From Thermoproteota archaeon (lineage in GTDB: Archaea > Korarchaeota > JAOZGF01 > JAOZFZ01), in NCBI GenBank assembly GCA_027492035.1, contig JAOZFT010000020.1, forward strand, positions 64,001-128,000: a stretch of DNA of 64,000 bases, in the 5' to 3' direction. The position numbers were made by a program, and so were the translations under genes. Below the pieces are notes generated by a model. That model saw nothing but the letters and a program-made list of their open reading frames with translations, was not told the origin of the DNA and made no database searches. This document shows positions 61,044 to 64,000 of the stretch, in pieces (position 1 is the first letter of the stretch; every line of letters starts with the position of its first letter).

Positions 61044-61138
61044 AATTTAATTAATAAGTATAGACTCCACCCTTAAACTTTTTTTAAAAGTTTTTAAAAA
61101 CGTTTATTGTTGACTGGGTTTAAAAGGAGGAGAGGTAG

Positions 61139-62320
61139 TTGTTAAAGGAAGTGAAGCCTGGAATTTATTTTGTGGGTGCAATAGATTGGGATAGGAGACT
61201 TTTTGACGAAGTCATTCCTTTACCTGATGGTACAAGTTATAACGCTTACCTTATAGAGGGAAGTGAAAAAACAGCACTTATAGACACAGTGGACCCAACT
61301 AAGGAGGAGGAGTTCTTGTTAAACCTTAAAAAGTTAGGAGTTAAAAAAATAGACTATATAGTGTCTAATCATGCTGAACAAGATCATTCGGGAGCAATCC
61401 CTGCCGCGTTAAAACGCTACCCGGAAGCTAAAGTAGTAACTAATCAAAGGTGTGCAAGTATGCTTATGGATTTGCTTCCAGTTCCAGAGGATAAGTTTTT
61501 GATCGTGAGAGACAAAGAAACATTGTCACTGGGGAATAAAACATTAAAATTTATTTTAGCTCCTTGGGTTCATTGGCCAGAAACAATGCTTACTTATTTG
61601 AAAGAGGACAAGATACTTTTCACCTGCGACTTTTTCGGTTCACACTTGGCTACAAGTAATTTGTATGCTAGGGATGAAGCAAAAGTTTATGAGTCAGCTA
61701 AAAGGTATTATGCAGAAATAATGATGCCTTTCCGAATAAATATAAAGAAAAACATTGAGAAAATAAAGGATTTAAAGATTGATATGATTGCACCAAGCCA
61801 TGGACCAGTATATATCAACCCTAAATTCATTTTAAACGCTTACAAGGACTGGGTGTCTGATAAAGTGAAAAATGAAGTAATTATACCTTATGTTTCAATG
61901 CACGGAAGCACAGGAAAAATGGTTCATTATTTAACTGACCAACTTATGGAGAAGGGTTTAACTGTGAAACCTTACAATTTAACCAACACAGATATAGGAG
62001 AACTCGCCATTTCACTTGTAGATGCAGCAACTATCGTAATTGCTTCACCCACTGTTTTGTTTGGCCTCCACCCCAGTGTTTTATTTGCAACTTACCTTAC
62101 AAACATTTTAAAACCTAAACTTAAATTTGCAGCAGTTATTGGTTCATATGGTTGGGGAGGAAGGATTGTTGACCAATTAAAGGCAACATTGAACAACTTA
62201 AAGGTTGAATTTCTGGGAACTGTTTTAGTGAGAGGAACCCCTAAAAAGGAAGACCTGGAAAAACTGGATGAGCTTGCAGAGGAGATAGTGAAGGCACATA
62301 ATGAATTAAACTTGTTTTGA
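61139..62320 (+). CDS. fprA: Flavodiiron protein (A-type flavoprotein)
   Basis: [39 protein letters not shown] flavodoxin loop, GSYGWGG. Confidence 0.95.
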   Translation: MLKEVKPGIYFVGAIDWDRRLFDEVIPLPDGTSYNAYLIEGSEKTALIDTVDPTKEEEFLLNLKKLGVKKIDYIVSNHAEQDHSGAIPAALKRYPEAKVVTNQRCASMLMDLLPVPEDKFLIVRDKETLSLGNKTLKFILAPWVHWPETMLTYLKEDKILFTCDFFGSHLATSNLYARDEAKVYESAKRYYAEIMMPFRINIKKNIEKIKDLKIDMIAPSHGPVYINPKFILNAYKDWVSDKVKNEVIIPYVSMHGSTGKMVHYLTDQLMEKGLTVKPYNLTNTDIGELAISLVDAATIVIASPTVLFGLHPSVLFATYLTNILKPKLKFAAVIGSYGWGGRIVDQLKATLNNLKVEFLGTVLVRGTPKKEDLEKLDELAEEIVKAHNELNLF

Positions 62321-62337
62321 GGAGGTGTTTTGAAAAT

Positions 62338-62718
62338 ATGGCTGAAAAATTGAAAGTGTACCGGTGCAATATTTGCGGAAACGTGGTTGAAGTCCTGCAT
62401 TCAGGTGTAGGAGTTCTTGTTTGCTGCGGTAAACCGATGGATTCGTTGAAAGAGAAAACAAAAGGAGATGAAGGAAAAGAAAAACATGTACCAGTTATTG
62501 AAAGAACAGGGAGAACTGTTAAAGTAAAAATCGGTTCGATTCCTCACCCTATGGAAGAAAAACATTACATCGAGTGGATAAGTATAACTGTCAACGGTAA
62601 AGTTTACAGGAAATTCCTGAACCCTGGAGATAAACCTGAAGCAGAATTTGAAGTTGAAACCGGCGAGGTTGAAGCTAAAGCTTACTGCAACATTCATGGA
62701 CTGTGGTCATCTGCCTAA
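62338..62718 (+). CDS. dfx: Desulfoferrodoxin (2Fe superoxide reductase)
   Basis: [11 protein letters not shown] desulforedoxin site; EKHVP, HPM...[13 protein letters not shown]; ATG 62338. Confidence 0.95.
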   Translation: MAEKLKVYRCNICGNVVEVLHSGVGVLVCCGKPMDSLKEKTKGDEGKEKHVPVIERTGRTVKVKIGSIPHPMEEKHYIEWISITVNGKVYRKFLNPGDKPEAEFEVETGEVEAKAYCNIHGLWSSA

Positions 62719-62827
62719 AATGTTTTTCAACAGCAAACCGAAAAATTTTCTCAGAAATAGAGAAGGTTAAGAAACCATAAACATTTAACTCTCCTTTCTT
62801 TTTTAGGCATTGATGTAGGGTTTAATA

Positions 62828-63102
62828 ATGGATTCGAACCATTACAACATTAAAACAAAAGTGCTTAAAGCTATTGAAGAGTTTAACCAGTACAGGTCCC
62901 CTGAAGCCAAGGCTGAACTTGTATTCTCTAAAAAAGGACTTAATTGAAGTTAACTTTTCTGGGTATTTCTGTTACACCTGTGGTTTCTACTATTATTTTT
63001 GACGATTTAAAATATGTATTTGAGGATTTCTCTCTAAAAGCCTCAATTGTGGAAGCGAAGGAAAGGGGAAGCGGAGTAATTGTTAAATTCAAAATTAAAT
63101 AG
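62828..63102 (+). pseudogene. Small CxxC protein interrupted by two frameshifts; not in the ORF track
   Basis: KAIEEFNQYRSPEAKAEL / IEVNFSGYFCYTCGFYYYF / DDLKYVFED..VIVKFKIK*; needs two +1 shifts (~62927 and the T-run ~62996-63000). Confidence 0.62.
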
Positions 63103-63778
63103 AGAGAGAAGAAAAAAGGAGTTGAATTATACTGTACAGGAAATAAGTGAGCCTCAGAAGCTACTTAAGAAAATCGAGGAATTGAAAAGAAGCAAAATAA
63201 AAAATTTAGTCAAGGAAAGACTGGAAGAGTTTAAGTTAAACAGCAGAAAATCAAGTGATGAAATATTTAGTGAGCTTTGTTTCTGTATTTTAACAGCTAA
63301 CTTCAACGCTGAAAAAACGATAAAAATTCAAACTGAAATCGGGAACGGTTTTTCAAACTTACCCTTGACAGATTTAATCAATAAATTGAGGCTTCTCAGT
63401 TACAGATACCCTGAAACAAGGGCTAAATATATACTAGAAGCTAGAAAACACAAAGACTTACTGAAAGAAACAATAAAAAACTTCAAATGCAGCAATAAAT
63501 TGAGGGAATGGTTAGTGAAAAACGTGAAAGGGTTAGGTTACAAAGAAGCCAGCCACTTCCTCCGGAACATTGGATGTTTCAACTTCGCCATTATAGACTT
63601 CCATATAATCAATGTTTTAACTGAATACAAATTGATTAAGAAACCCAAGTCCCTCACAAAGAGAAAGTATTTGGAAATTGAAAAAGTTTTGTCAAAAATA
63701 GCTAAGGAATTAAACCTGAAACTTGGTGAACTTGACCTTTACTTATGGTATCTAGAAACCGGAAAAATCCTAAAATAA
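63080..63778 (+). CDS. ogg: 8-oxoguanine DNA glycosylase/AP lyase
   Basis: FSELCFCILTAN, HhH REWLVKNVKGLGYKEASHFLRNIG, AIIDFH, DLYLWY..TGKILK; true start uncertain. Confidence 0.93.
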   Translation: MLNSKLNRERRKKELNYTVQEISEPQKLLKKIEELKRSKIKNLVKERLEEFKLNSRKSSDEIFSELCFCILTANFNAEKTIKIQTEIGNGFSNLPLTDLINKLRLLSYRYPETRAKYILEARKHKDLLKETIKNFKCSNKLREWLVKNVKGLGYKEASHFLRNIGCFNFAIIDFHIINVLTEYKLIKKPKSLTKRKYLEIEKVLSKIAKELNLKLGELDLYLWYLETGKILK

Positions 63779-63830
63779 ACAGGAAAGAATCAGAAAAATT
63801 CTGAGAGTTCATCCCCTCACCTCAAATATA

Positions 63831-63883
63831 GCAGCTTTTTTCACCAGTTCTTTGTGCAGCCCAACTGTTCCTTACCTGTTAAA
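63831..63883 (+). repeat. Direct repeat copy 2 (orphan fragment of the MFS 5' coding sequence)
   Basis: GCAGCTTTTTTCACCAGTTCTTTGTGCAGCCCAACTGTTCCTTACCTGTTAAA; exactly 5100 bp downstream of copy 1. Confidence 0.85.
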
Positions 63884-64000
63884 TAAGTTCAAGAAAAATA
63901 GATAACTATGTACCCGGAAGGATCTAAGCTGATATTAAACGAGGATGAGGTAAGAAGACACGTAGATACATGTGAAGGAACATATAGTCCTATATATTAC

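Noticed and set aside
180-62697. Many short antisense or alternate-frame ORFs in the track (e.g. 24407-25060, 34695-35264, 42637-43038, 59321-59800)
   Set aside because: They overlap well-supported genes and have shadow-ORF composition with no motifs.
62995-63005. Selenocysteine read-through of the TGA in the CxxC fragment
   Set aside because: The plausible downstream protein is in another frame, so this is a frameshift, not recoding.
1-64000. CRISPR array, tRNA/rRNA, transposase or integrase
   Set aside because: No regularly spaced repeats, no T-loop/anticodon-arm patterns or GC-rich structural RNA, and no DDE or tyrosine-recombinase motifs were seen by eye.
63908-64000. Open frame MYPEGSKLILNEDEVRRH.. 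running off the window end
   Set aside because: Only 31 codons visible; cannot be assigned.

Overview
AT-rich, gene-dense window from what looks like an anaerobic, probably thermophilic archaeon. The evidence is the archaeal-type Wtp tungstate ABC transporter, deoxyhypusine synthase, MptA/DmrX methanopterin genes, IPCT-DIPPS, TrpB2, an LrpA/Ptr2-type regulator and TATA-like promoters; the lineage cannot be fixed from the sequence alone. Main contents in order: wtpABC; a cooF-cooS-FAD oxidoreductase-cooC CO dehydrogenase operon; a DapA-family aldolase fused to formaldehyde-activating enzyme; LUD/CCG lactate-utilisation genes; a methanopterin biosynthesis cluster; a REC-PAS-PAS hybrid kinase; a stand-alone nurA-herA operon (herA carries a 159-aa mini-intein) divergent from a CARF-wHTH (Csa3-like) regulator with a 17-bp palindrome in the shared intergenic region; valS; a TlpA / unannotated 42-aa CxxC microprotein / polyferredoxin membrane module; coaBC; trpB2 with a Trp-containing uORF and competing inverted repeats; and an oxidative-stress cluster (prx, fprA, dfx, ogg) followed by a ~55-bp copy of part of the upstream MFS gene. 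Several decayed genes are wholly or partly missing from the ORF track (nitroreductase, TauE, wHTH, RNase HIII, small CxxC protein). No tRNA, rRNA, CRISPR array, transposase or integrase was seen. All family calls are by eye from motifs; no searches were run.
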